Shown here in pieces: positions 38,873 to 47,157 of a DNA stretch of 64,000 nt (positions within the stretch are counted from its first letter, which is position 1; each line of letters begins with the position of its first letter). The stretch is from a virus. A program made the translations under genes and the position numbers. The notes beneath the pieces were generated by a model. It ran no database searches. It saw only the letters and a list, made by a program, of their open reading frames with translations, and was not told where the DNA came from. The stretch spans positions 1-64,000 of the IMG/VR virus record IMGVR_UViG_3300010885_017276. One strand, 5' to 3'.

Positions 38873-38946
38873 GTCCTCATAGCTCAGTCGGTTAGAGCAA
38901 ATGACTCATAATCATTAGGTCGCAGGTTCGAGCCCTGCTGGGGACA
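38873..38946 (+). tRNA. tRNA with CAT anticodon (probably Ile2, possibly elongator Met)
   Basis: GTCCTCA/TGGGGAC acceptor, AATGA-CTCATAA-TCATT anticodon arm, GCAGG-TTCGAGC-CCTGC T-arm. Confidence 0.9.
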
Positions 38947-38978
38947 CTGGACTAAACTAAACTAAAAAAATAATAAAA

Positions 38979-39230
38979 ATGGAATCGGGAATACAAACAA
39001 TCAAATTCTGGGCTGAATGGTGCGGTCCATGTCGAGTAATGAAACAACAGCTAGAGGGTCTAGAGATGGCTAGCGTAAATGTGGATGATGATCCTGATGG
39101 TCTATCGGCTAAATACAAGATCCGGCAGCTACCCACAATAGTCTTCTTGAAAGATGACCAAGAAGTCTACAGACAAACCGGGCTAATAACAAAACAAGCT
39201 TACCTAGATATCATAGAAACCTTAAAGTAG
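38979..39230 (+). CDS. Thioredoxin
   Basis: FWAEWCGPC active site, IRQLPT. Confidence 0.92.
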   Translation: MESGIQTIKFWAEWCGPCRVMKQQLEGLEMASVNVDDDPDGLSAKYKIRQLPTIVFLKDDQEVYRQTGLITKQAYLDIIETLK

Positions 39231-39236
39231 TAAAAG

Positions 39237-39734
39237 ATGGACAAACTACCAAGACATACCTGTATCTTTAGCGATAGCATAGACGCAGAAACAGTACAAT
39301 CACTAGTAGATACACTATCAGTACACGACAAAATAGACCTCTTCTTTACAACCTCTGGGGGGGAGACCTTCGCTATGGAAGCCTTGATCCACTATTTAAA
39401 CGCCCGGAAAAAAGACATCGAGGTATACCTAACAGACGTAGTAGCATCCTGTGGTGCATTCATACTAGTAGACTTCCAAGGTAAAGTACACCTATCAGAA
39501 AGTCTAGAATGTATACTGTTCCATGTAGCAGACCGTATGTTATACACGCAAAGAAAAAACGACCTGGAAATAAAAACGCTGAAAGAACAAGTAAAAGAAT
39601 ACAACACACTATACGCAGATAAGTTCAAAAGTCTAGGATTTACAGTAAAAGAAATAATACAGTACAAACAAGGCAAAGATGTAATACTATACCGTAAGGA
39701 CTTCCACAGACTAATACTCCCCCAAGCAAAATGA
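39237..39734 (+). CDS. ClpP-like serine protease
   Basis: IDLFFTTSGG, VVASCGAFIL (catalytic Ser position), ILFH (His). Confidence 0.65.
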   Translation: MDKLPRHTCIFSDSIDAETVQSLVDTLSVHDKIDLFFTTSGGETFAMEALIHYLNARKKDIEVYLTDVVASCGAFILVDFQGKVHLSESLECILFHVADRMLYTQRKNDLEIKTLKEQVKEYNTLYADKFKSLGFTVKEIIQYKQGKDVILYRKDFHRLILPQAK

Positions 39735-39895
39735 TAGTGTTCCTAATAATATACCTAATAACAAACTCTCTGCTATTCGGACTAGTATCGCTGTTCCATA
39801 ACCCAGCACAAAACATACGATACCTTTTCTACGGTATACTGATAGTACTCTGGGAGTTCTTCCAGAAAGACCCACCCCCTAATACCAAGGACTAA
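39731..39895 (+). CDS. 54-aa membrane protein
   Basis: Manual translation MIVFLIIYLITNSLLFGLVSLF...LFYGILIVLWEFF...; ATGA overlap with the previous stop. Confidence 0.5.
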   Translation: MIVFLIIYLITNSLLFGLVSLFHNPAQNIRYLFYGILIVLWEFFQKDPPPNTKD

Positions 39896-39903
39896 TAAAC
39901 ACC

Positions 39904-39934
39904 CCCCCTAGCCAAGACCACTAGGGGTTTTTTT
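39904..39934 (+). terminator. Intrinsic terminator ending the replication/chaperone arm
   Basis: CCCCTAG-ccaagacca-CTAGGGG-TTTTTTT. Confidence 0.8.
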
Positions 39935-39974
39935 ATACCCCCCCCTATATAGTAAAGCACTTGAGGAATTGAGT

Positions 39975-40160
39975 AGTAAAAACCATGGGGGAATAGCAAA
40001 AAACTGTGGGGGGATGAAAAGCAAAAATTGTCGTAGAAAAAACTGGGGGGGCAAAATTGACCATATATACAAACGTGCGTATCCTCCTTAGGAAAAAAGC
40101 TGCCAAAAAATTGGGGTTTTTACCCCACCCCCCCTATTGTGCCACAAAAAAAAGTTTTTG
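39975..40160. repeat. Phased A-tract/G-run repeats and C-run
   Basis: AAAAACCATGGGGG, AAAAACTGTGGGGGG, AAAAACTGGGGGGGCAAAATTG, then ACCCCACCCCCCC. Confidence 0.6.
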
Positions 40161-40544
40161 GCTTAGAGGGCCTCTAAAAGGTTTTGACTTTTCCAAGATA
40201 TTTTTATACTATTTATCTATCATGTACTGCTGTACTATAGATATATACTATACTGTACTTTTTGTGGGCTTGGCTTGGCTTGGGATCTAAGCCGGCTTGT
40301 TTAGACTGAGTATAAATAAACAATGATAATACAAATTTTAACATTTGTTTTTTGGTCAGTAATCCGGATTAACAGGTATAATCCTGAGCCCTTTATTCAT
40401 CGGTATTTTCGATTTAAGACACTTTTTTATACTAGGTGATACTTGGATACCAAACGACTATTAAAGTGGCTTAGAACGTCTTATTTAGCCTTATAGGGGC
40501 TGTTGCTATATAGCGGCCAATTACTAGTAATAGCACGGTAATCG

Positions 40545-40620
40545 CCTTATTTAGAATGATTCTAAATTTAAAAAAAAGTTTACTTTGTATTAGTTTATTT
40601 AAAACTTATTCTTACATTTG
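40545..40620 (+). promoter_or_regulatory. Palindromic operator plus first early promoter
   Basis: TTTAGAA-TGA-TTCTAAA at 40550-66; -7 element TACATTTG at ~40613-20. Confidence 0.6.
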
Positions 40621-40775
40621 TAGTGTTGAAAGCGACTAGTTAGCGGCAGGGTTGGAAGCACCACAAAGCACTAGTGTTAGCACGAATAGGCCGAAAGGCG
40701 GAGCTCATTGACATATCGGATAAGGTGATACGGCCTACCTACACAAGTGGCCGTTACTCTTTAAACTTCATAAAT

Positions 40776-40988
40776 ATGAAAAAGTTTAACGAATTTGAGT
40801 GTTGGATGATTGTTCAATCTTTAGAGTTACTAGCCGAGGCTTGGAAAGTCGAAATCGACGAGACCGAGGCCAAGGGCAATAGGGCAATTTGGACAAAGGG
40901 CTACGTGGAAATGGTGACCAAGGAATTGACCGAGAAGGTCAAGGCAGGTACACTAAAACCTAGAAAAACCTACGACCACACTAAGTAG
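40776..40988 (+). CDS. Early hypothetical protein
   Basis: ATG at 40776 (MKKFNEFECW...). Confidence 0.6.
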   Translation: MKKFNEFECWMIVQSLELLAEAWKVEIDETEAKGNRAIWTKGYVEMVTKELTEKVKAGTLKPRKTYDHTK

Positions 40989-41057
40989 TAAGCAAGCCCC
41001 CTTCGGGGGGCTATTTTAAAACAAATTTTTTAACTAATCTAATCTTATTTTAAAAGT

Positions 41058-41939
41058 ATGGAAATTCTATCCAACATTCAGAGCGGAAACGCTAACATCG
41101 AGAGTATTAAAGGCCAATTGTTTGACGTTGTCAAAGTGCCACTAGTTACTAACCTTCAAGGGTTTGACAACCCTAACAGCTTCGGGACTTACCGAGCAAA
41201 CGGAGGCGAAGCCCTAGGAGTTGTAGGTAAAGACTTCACGCCTACTCAACCTAAGCTATTATTCGAGGACTTCGAAAATTGCTTGTACGATACGGACTGC
41301 GACCTAAAGGACGTTAAATATCTAGAGTTGAAAGGCGGTCGTAAAGTAGTGTTCGAAGCCCCAATCAAAACAATGGGCTTTACTAACCTACGAGGCCAAG
41401 AGGACGAAATGATAGTTAAGATTAACTTATCTACGGGTTTCGACGGACTTACCAAGACTAGTTTGTTTATTAGCTGTTACCGAATGGTTTGTGCCAATGG
41501 TATGAAAGCTTGGAAAACCGAGTTTGCTGTTTCTTTCAAGAATACAACCGGTAACGTCGGCAAGGCTTCATCACTTTGCCAAGACATCGCCAAGGCTACC
41601 GACCAAGCTAACGACTTCGAGGCTTACATCAAGAAGCTAAATTCGTCCGAGGTTGACCAAGCCAAAGTAGATGATTTTCTTTTCAAGACTATGGGCTTTA
41701 ATCAAAAGATGTATTCAGAACTAGGTACAAGAAAGCAAAACATCTTGTCCGCTGTACAAGAAAGCATCGCCCTAGAGTTTGGACGTACCGGCTCAACGCT
41801 TTGGGGATTAGTTAACGGCATCACGCACTACACTAATCACGTAGCTAGCACCAACGACCGAAACGATTACCTTCTTACCGGAGGCGGTCTTAAGCTAAAC
41901 GATTTAGCACAAAAGGTAGCCTACGAAATGGCCTACTAG
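41058..41939 (+). CDS. DUF932-family protein
   Basis: LGVVGKDF..QP, GFDG, RMVCANG, GSTLWGLVNGITHY motifs. Confidence 0.8.
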   Translation: MEILSNIQSGNANIESIKGQLFDVVKVPLVTNLQGFDNPNSFGTYRANGGEALGVVGKDFTPTQPKLLFEDFENCLYDTDCDLKDVKYLELKGGRKVVFEAPIKTMGFTNLRGQEDEMIVKINLSTGFDGLTKTSLFISCYRMVCANGMKAWKTEFAVSFKNTTGNVGKASSLCQDIAKATDQANDFEAYIKKLNSSEVDQAKVDDFLFKTMGFNQKMYSELGTRKQNILSAVQESIALEFGRTGSTLWGLVNGITHYTNHVASTNDRNDYLLTGGGLKLNDLAQKVAYEMAY

Positions 41940-41981
41940 TATTAACCAAGCCCCTCGAAAGAGGGGTTTATTTTAACTAAT

Positions 41982-42167
41982 ATGAAAAAGAAAAAGTTTA
42001 CCGAAAAGCAAAAGGCGGTTATTGCTAGATTCCTGCAAGAACGCCACTACGATCTAAAAGAGTATAAGGCCATTGGCACTAAGCACTACAACGACGACGA
42101 AGATGTTGAAAAAATCCTTGTTGCTATCTATATGCTAAATGAATACCTTTGGATGTGGGAACACTAA
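41982..42167 (+). CDS. Early hypothetical protein
   Basis: 61-aa ORF between hairpin modules. Confidence 0.6.
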   Translation: MKKKKFTEKQKAVIARFLQERHYDLKEYKAIGTKHYNDDEDVEKILVAIYMLNEYLWMWEH

Positions 42168-42210
42168 TTACTAACCAAGCCCTCTACGGAGGGCTTTTAT
42201 CTTATCTTAT

Positions 42211-42375
42211 ATGAATTACTATATCTTATTGCCCGTTATTTGCCTGCTGCTTCTAGTAGCCCACATCGTCTATGTTAATCGCAGAGACAAGTTTGAGTAC
42301 TTGGACTATTGTATAGCAGTTTGCTTGCTCCTAGTCCCGTTTATTTGCTTAGTCGATTGCCTGCTATGTTGTTAG
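42211..42375 (+). CDS. 54-aa Cys/Leu-rich membrane protein
   Basis: Manual translation MNYYILLPVICLLLLVAH...VDCLLCC*. Confidence 0.5.
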   Translation: MNYYILLPVICLLLLVAHIVYVNRRDKFEYLDYCIAVCLLLVPFICLVDCLLCC

Positions 42376-42471
42376 TAGGCCTTATCGCAGTTTGCCTGCT
42401 GTTGATTGCAGGACTTAAAAAGTAATGTTTAACCAACCCCTTCTATCCGGAGGGGTTTTATTTTAACTAGT

Positions 42472-42645
42472 ATGATTTTTATTACCACTCTTTTGATTAT
42501 CTATTACGCATTAGTTATCAGGGAAACTTTTTGCGAAAAGTATTATGCAAGCCCTATCACAACAAAGAGGGACTTTTTTTTATGTTTGATACCTTTGTTT
42601 ATGTGGTTTAAAATGCTTATCTTTGCATTAAAGAACCTAGATTAA
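42472..42645 (+). CDS. 57-aa membrane protein
   Basis: Manual translation MIFITTLLIIYYALV...FALKNLD*; flanked by hairpin modules. Confidence 0.55.
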   Translation: MIFITTLLIIYYALVIRETFCEKYYASPITTKRDFFLCLIPLFMWFKMLIFALKNLD

Positions 42646-42691
42646 TTATTAACCTAGCCTTTCATCACGGAGGGCTTTTATCTTAACTAGT

Positions 42692-42853
42692 ATGAAAGTA
42701 GAAATCTTTGTTTTGGACTATGGCTTCGAAGCCTTAATTATTGACGGGGGTAAAATCCTGGGGACTATCTTGGGTGTAACTATGGCGAACCTTTGCCAAA
42801 GTGTATACGATGTGTACGGAATCAACATCTTTGAATTAGTTAGTTTAAACTAG
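42692..42853 (+). CDS. 53-aa early protein
   Basis: Manual translation MKVEIFVLDYGFEAL...ELVSLN*. Confidence 0.55.
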   Translation: MKVEIFVLDYGFEALIIDGGKILGTILGVTMANLCQSVYDVYGINIFELVSLN

Positions 42854-43008
42854 TTAGTTCGTGGGGGTAAAACGGGGGGACAAAAAAGTTTTCCCTTTTT
42901 TTGTAAAAAAGTTTGGTAGATTAAAAACTTAGTTGTATATTTGTAGTAGAATTAAAACCTAGAAGTTAGTGCTAGGAACCTCACTAACAAAACCTAATTT
43001 ATCTTATT

Positions 43009-43149
43009 ATGAGAAATTTAGCAGATTACATTGTTCATTGTTCACTAGAGGTTATTCAATGGGACGAACATAACCGCCCTTATGAGCAAACTCCAAATGG
43101 TAAAATTTATTTGTCTAAAAGGGCTTATAGTTATTCCGTAAAAAACTAA
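43009..43149 (+). CDS. 46-aa early protein (paralog of 51300..51479)
   Basis: DEHNRPYEQTPNGKIYLSK...YSVKN. Confidence 0.55.
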   Translation: MRNLADYIVHCSLEVIQWDEHNRPYEQTPNGKIYLSKRAYSYSVKN

Positions 43150-43200
43150 TTACTAATCAAGCCCTTCTTAACCGAGGGGCTTTTATTTAAACTAACTAAT

Positions 43201-43922
43201 ATGAAAAATTTATTAACTATGTCGATAGAACTTGCAATTTTAAAATTAAAAGAAAAAGAAATCCCTTGTGTTGATTCAAGGGTTAAAGGGTATGATTATT
43301 TTATTCAAGATAATGGGGATGATTTGTCTTTAACTAATGAAGAAAATGAAATAGCACAAGCGTTTGGTGTTCATTTAACTGAACAAGAAGTTATTGATTT
43401 TTCAAAAACACTTTAAACTAACTAGTATGTGCTATCCTATCTTTTGTATTGCCGTTCACTTACTAGAGGGGCGTGAGGATGAACTTGACTTGGTTTGGGG
43501 GGACGCTGCAGAAGTTTATTCTAGGTTCCTAGACAGCGAATTTAACGACCCTAACAAGTCCGAACTTGACTGCATTAATAGCTTTATGGCTAACATTTAA
43601 AACTAACTAATCTAAACTACAAGGGGGAACAAAAAAGTTTCCCCTTTTTTTGTGCCTAAAAGTTTGGTAGATTAAAAACTATTTTGTACCTTTGATTATT
43701 ATTAATCTTAACTTATTTTATCCTATGGAAATTGTAAAAAACTTGGCTGTCTTGAATCAGCTGTCTAAAGCCTATGGCTTGGAATTTTGTAGAACCTATA
43801 AGTATTGTACGGGGGGCGATAACATTCGTGTAAACCGCTACACTTATAAAGATGATAGCTTTGTGCTAAAGTATTTTGACGGGTGTTTTTATCCGTATAT
43901 TGTTAAACTTAAAACTAACTAA
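43201..43922 (+). other. Three small early ORFs (43201-43416, 43427-43600, 43725-43922)
   Basis: ATG starts after ACTAAC-type or A/T-rich leaders; promoter at 43663-43694. Confidence 0.55.
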
Positions 43923-43977
43923 TCTAAACTAGGGGCTAATCGCCCCTTTTTTTTGTGCAAAACTTTAACACTTTTTA

Positions 43978-44227
43978 TTTGGGGGTTTAGTTTTATTGGC
44001 GTATCTTTGTTCTTGTAGGGGGGTAATGGAATGTTATCCGATACAGGTGGGCTACTGAGATACTAGCGCAAGGAGGTTCTAAGGGAACCTGCCCCGTGGC
44101 GAAGGGGGGGAGGGAGGGGTGTGACGGAGTCTACCCTATGCGTGTGTAAAAAAACACGAACCCCTGAATTGCGTTACTCTGGCAATTTTCTATAACAAAG
44201 ATACGACAAAATTTTGTACTAGTCAAG
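43978..44227. ncRNA. GC-rich element between convergent promoters (sense/antisense RNA candidate)
   Basis: Plus TTTG-N20-TATCTTTG (43978-44009), minus CTTG-N20-TATCTTTG (44227-44196); no ORF; G7AG3AG4 tract. Confidence 0.45.
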
Positions 44228-44358
44228 AAAAAAGTAACAAAGTTATCAACATTATTTTGTTAATAAGTATGCAAAAAAAAGTTTGGTAGATTAAAATTAA
44301 CTACCTATATTTGTATTGTAATTGCAACGAAGCGGTTACTTTAAATTATCTTATTACT

Positions 44359-44700
44359 ATGAACAAAGTAATTTTAAACATCGGGTTAAATGTTGGGAAT
44401 GTTGAACCAACAAAACAGCTAAACACAACGCTACACATATTAACTACTTTAAGCTTTTCATTGACTAGTGTAAAGGTACACGAAAATAGCGAGTACAACG
44501 AAAACGGGGAACGCTGTCTAGTAGTTTATTTTGATACTGAATTTGACTTGACTTTAATAAGTATCTTAATTGACGCAGTTTGCGAACACTTAGAACAGCA
44601 ATGTATAGCCGTTAAATTTAACGGGGTAGGTAAACTAGTTTATGATAGTAACTACAATGGAGAACGATTTGACTTTGTAGAGAAGTACTTTAAGGACTAA
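44359..44700 (+). CDS. Early hypothetical protein
   Basis: MNKVILNIGLNV...LEQQCIAV; own promoter at 44282-44313. Confidence 0.6.
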   Translation: MNKVILNIGLNVGNVEPTKQLNTTLHILTTLSFSLTSVKVHENSEYNENGERCLVVYFDTEFDLTLISILIDAVCEHLEQQCIAVKFNGVGKLVYDSNYNGERFDFVEKYFKD

Positions 44701-44816
44701 CTAATCTAAAAAGCCCCTCGATAAATTTTGGGGGGCTATTAAAAAAAAGTAAAAAAAGTTTTGCAGTCTAAAAAATTATAATTATATTTGTCAAACAATT
44801 TAAACACATTCACACT

Positions 44817-45392
44817 ATGAACAAACTAGTATTAAAACACGACAACCACGCAGACAGCCCTAGAACTTGGTGCAATTTAGGAACAATGATTTGTTTCCAT
44901 AAACGATACGACCTAGGGGACAGCCACGGGTATTCCTCTATTGACTATTCAAGTTGGGAGCAAATGGAAAAAGACTTAATTAAAAAAGAAAATCCGGCTG
45001 TTATCTTACCTTTGTACTTGTACGACCATTCAGTTGTTACCATTAGTACAACCCCATTCAGTAATCGTTGGGACAGCGGTCAAGTAGGGTTTATCTTAGT
45101 TAGTAAGGAAACAGCCCTAGCAGATTTTGGGGGTAAAAAAGTTACAGCTAAACTAAAAGAAAAGATAGAGAGACAGCTAGAGGGAGAAGTAGAAACTTAC
45201 GCACAATTCCTAGAGGGAGACGTGTACGGGTTTTCTATTGAGGACGAAGACGGGAATCATATTGACAGCTGTTTTGGATTTTACGGGAGTGACTTTGCTA
45301 CCAACGGGATATTAGACTACATTAACCATAACTTGTTGGGGGTAACAGAAGCCGAAGTACTACCTTTGCTAGAAGCAGCCGAGATTGAATAA
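44817..45392 (+). CDS. Phage early protein of a conserved-looking family
   Basis: DSPRTWCNLGTM...PLYLYDHS...WDSGQVG...GDVYGF...DSCFGFYG motif set. Confidence 0.7.
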   Translation: MNKLVLKHDNHADSPRTWCNLGTMICFHKRYDLGDSHGYSSIDYSSWEQMEKDLIKKENPAVILPLYLYDHSVVTISTTPFSNRWDSGQVGFILVSKETALADFGGKKVTAKLKEKIERQLEGEVETYAQFLEGDVYGFSIEDEDGNHIDSCFGFYGSDFATNGILDYINHNLLGVTEAEVLPLLEAAEIE

Positions 45393-45687
45393 ACTAATCC
45401 AAACCCCTCAATAAATTTTGGGGGGTACACAAAAAAAAGTAAAAAAACATTTGGTAGATACAAAGTAATTGCATATCTTTACCTAGAATTTAAAACCCAA
45501 TACAATATGATAAACGTATATTTCGAGAGTAGCACACACGCTGAATTAGTAGCAACATTCGACAGCGAAGAATTATTTATAGCTTGTCTACCTACACTAG
45601 AGGCAGAAGCTAAAAAACAGAATATGTTTGTAACAGAACAAGTAACAACAACCCTTTAATAATAATAATAATAATAAATTAACTAAT

Positions 45688-45972
45688 ATGAAAATCGTAA
45701 CACAAAATGCAGTAACTTGTTTCCTTAATAAGGGGAACGGAACATTCAACAACACACACGTTGTAACAGAAAACGAAGTATCTAAGCTGTATCTATTCGG
45801 CAATCTAATTGCTGTACTAGAACAAGGGGTACTAAAGGTAACCAATGCAGGTTGGTTTAGCAAGACTACTAAGGAACGCTTGAACGGACTACCTAATGTA
45901 AACGTAAGGCAGTCTAAGGGTAAGTGGTACTTGAACGATAATTTTTGGGACGGAAAACTAACTACTATTTAA
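45688..45972 (+). CDS. Early hypothetical protein
   Basis: LFGNLIA...AGWFSKTTKERLNGL motif. Confidence 0.65.
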   Translation: MKIVTQNAVTCFLNKGNGTFNNTHVVTENEVSKLYLFGNLIAVLEQGVLKVTNAGWFSKTTKERLNGLPNVNVRQSKGKWYLNDNFWDGKLTTI

Positions 45973-46046
45973 TTTTGTATCAGAAGATTTTTGAGGGGTG
46001 TATGTACCAAGCCCCCCAAAAAGATCGATTAACTAAAACAAAAAAG

Positions 46047-46802
46047 ATGAAACAGACAATTATAATAGGGAAGTTTGAATCCTTAAACATCAAGGCAGTA
46101 ATACATTCTATAGATGAAGTATACCAAGCCGATACACACGAAGAACTAGTAGCTTTGCTAGATACCTTTGACAAGGAAGGCAAGGATTGGTTGATACTTG
46201 AGAAGACCATATTTACCCTAGAGATAACACCCAATGCATTGTTGGGGCTTATTTGGGGGAGCAACAAGGGGGCAAATTGCGAATAATGCAAAGTTTTGGG
46301 GGGGGCAAATTGTCTAACCCCCGTAAATTTCGATACCACCCTTGCAGAATTATCAGTAATCTAGTACTTTCATTGCGAATACAATAATGGGGGTACACTA
46401 AAAAACAGCCAAAATGGGATTAACTAAGACAAAAAAGGAACAAGAACTCTATGAAAGGTACAAAAAGTATCTAGGGTACGATACAATCATCCCCCAATCC
46501 ATAGTACAAAGCTACCTAACAGACCTACAAGAACTAGTGGGGGGGAGCAAGGCTAGATTAAATCGGGGGGTACAGCAAAAAGCCTACCTAGTCTACGTAG
46601 ACTAATAAATAAACTAACTAAGATGAAGCAAACAATACAAGAGAAGATAGAGGTAGCAGTACTTACCGGACAAAAGAGTATAGTAGTAAACGGAATACTA
46701 GTACAATGGAAGCCCCTACACTCCCAAGTAGCTAAAAGCAAGCTAGAGGGGTACGCTAAAGAGGTAGCAAGAAAGAGTTTGGAGGGGCTGTATAGTAAGT
46801 AA
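46047..46802 (+). other. Three small ORFs (46047-46286, 46414-46605, 46623-46802) among G-run repeats
   Basis: Open frames with ATG; the last two are strongly T-depleted. Confidence 0.45.
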
Positions 46803-47090
46803 CTAGCTGATTGTGTGCTAGTTAGAGTGGGCGGACAACCCCCACCCACGATTTGAGGGTAGGTTTCGGCTGTCGTTTTTGGGTATGTCGGATTCAAATT
46901 ACATATACACAAATTTATACAACAAACTTGATTCCCCCCACTACCCCTAGACTAACTACTCTATACTATACTAGTACTACTCGAATGTTATCTGTATTAA
47001 CTTATCTAAGGTTGGTAGTTATGGTAGGTTATGTTTAGATTAGTTTAGCTACACTCGGCAGTCTTTTTATAGTCCGGCCAAAAGTTTACC

Positions 47091-47157
47091 CCTTATCTAG
47101 AATGATTCTAAATTTCAATAAATGTTTGGTAGTCTAGATTTAATTACATATATTTGT
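47091..47157 (+). promoter_or_regulatory. Second palindromic operator plus promoter
   Basis: CCTTATCTAGAATGATTCTAAATTT (24/25 identical to 40545-69), then TTTG...TATATTTG. Confidence 0.65.

Larger units (their letters stand above)
40991..43200 (+). repeat. Six related intergenic hairpin modules
   Basis: AAGCCCYTC-loop-GAGGGGYTT-TATYTTAACTA-ATG at ~40995, 41948, 42177, 42435, 42656, 43159. Confidence 0.75.

Noticed and set aside
40057-40290. 77-aa ORF, and similarly 46853-47038
   Set aside because: Non-ATG starts in low-complexity boundary DNA; more likely non-coding
40991-43200. CRISPR array or integron attC array
   Set aside because: Repeats are degenerate with variable loops, spacing is gene-sized and irregular, there are no attC core sites, and no cas operon or integrase is in the window
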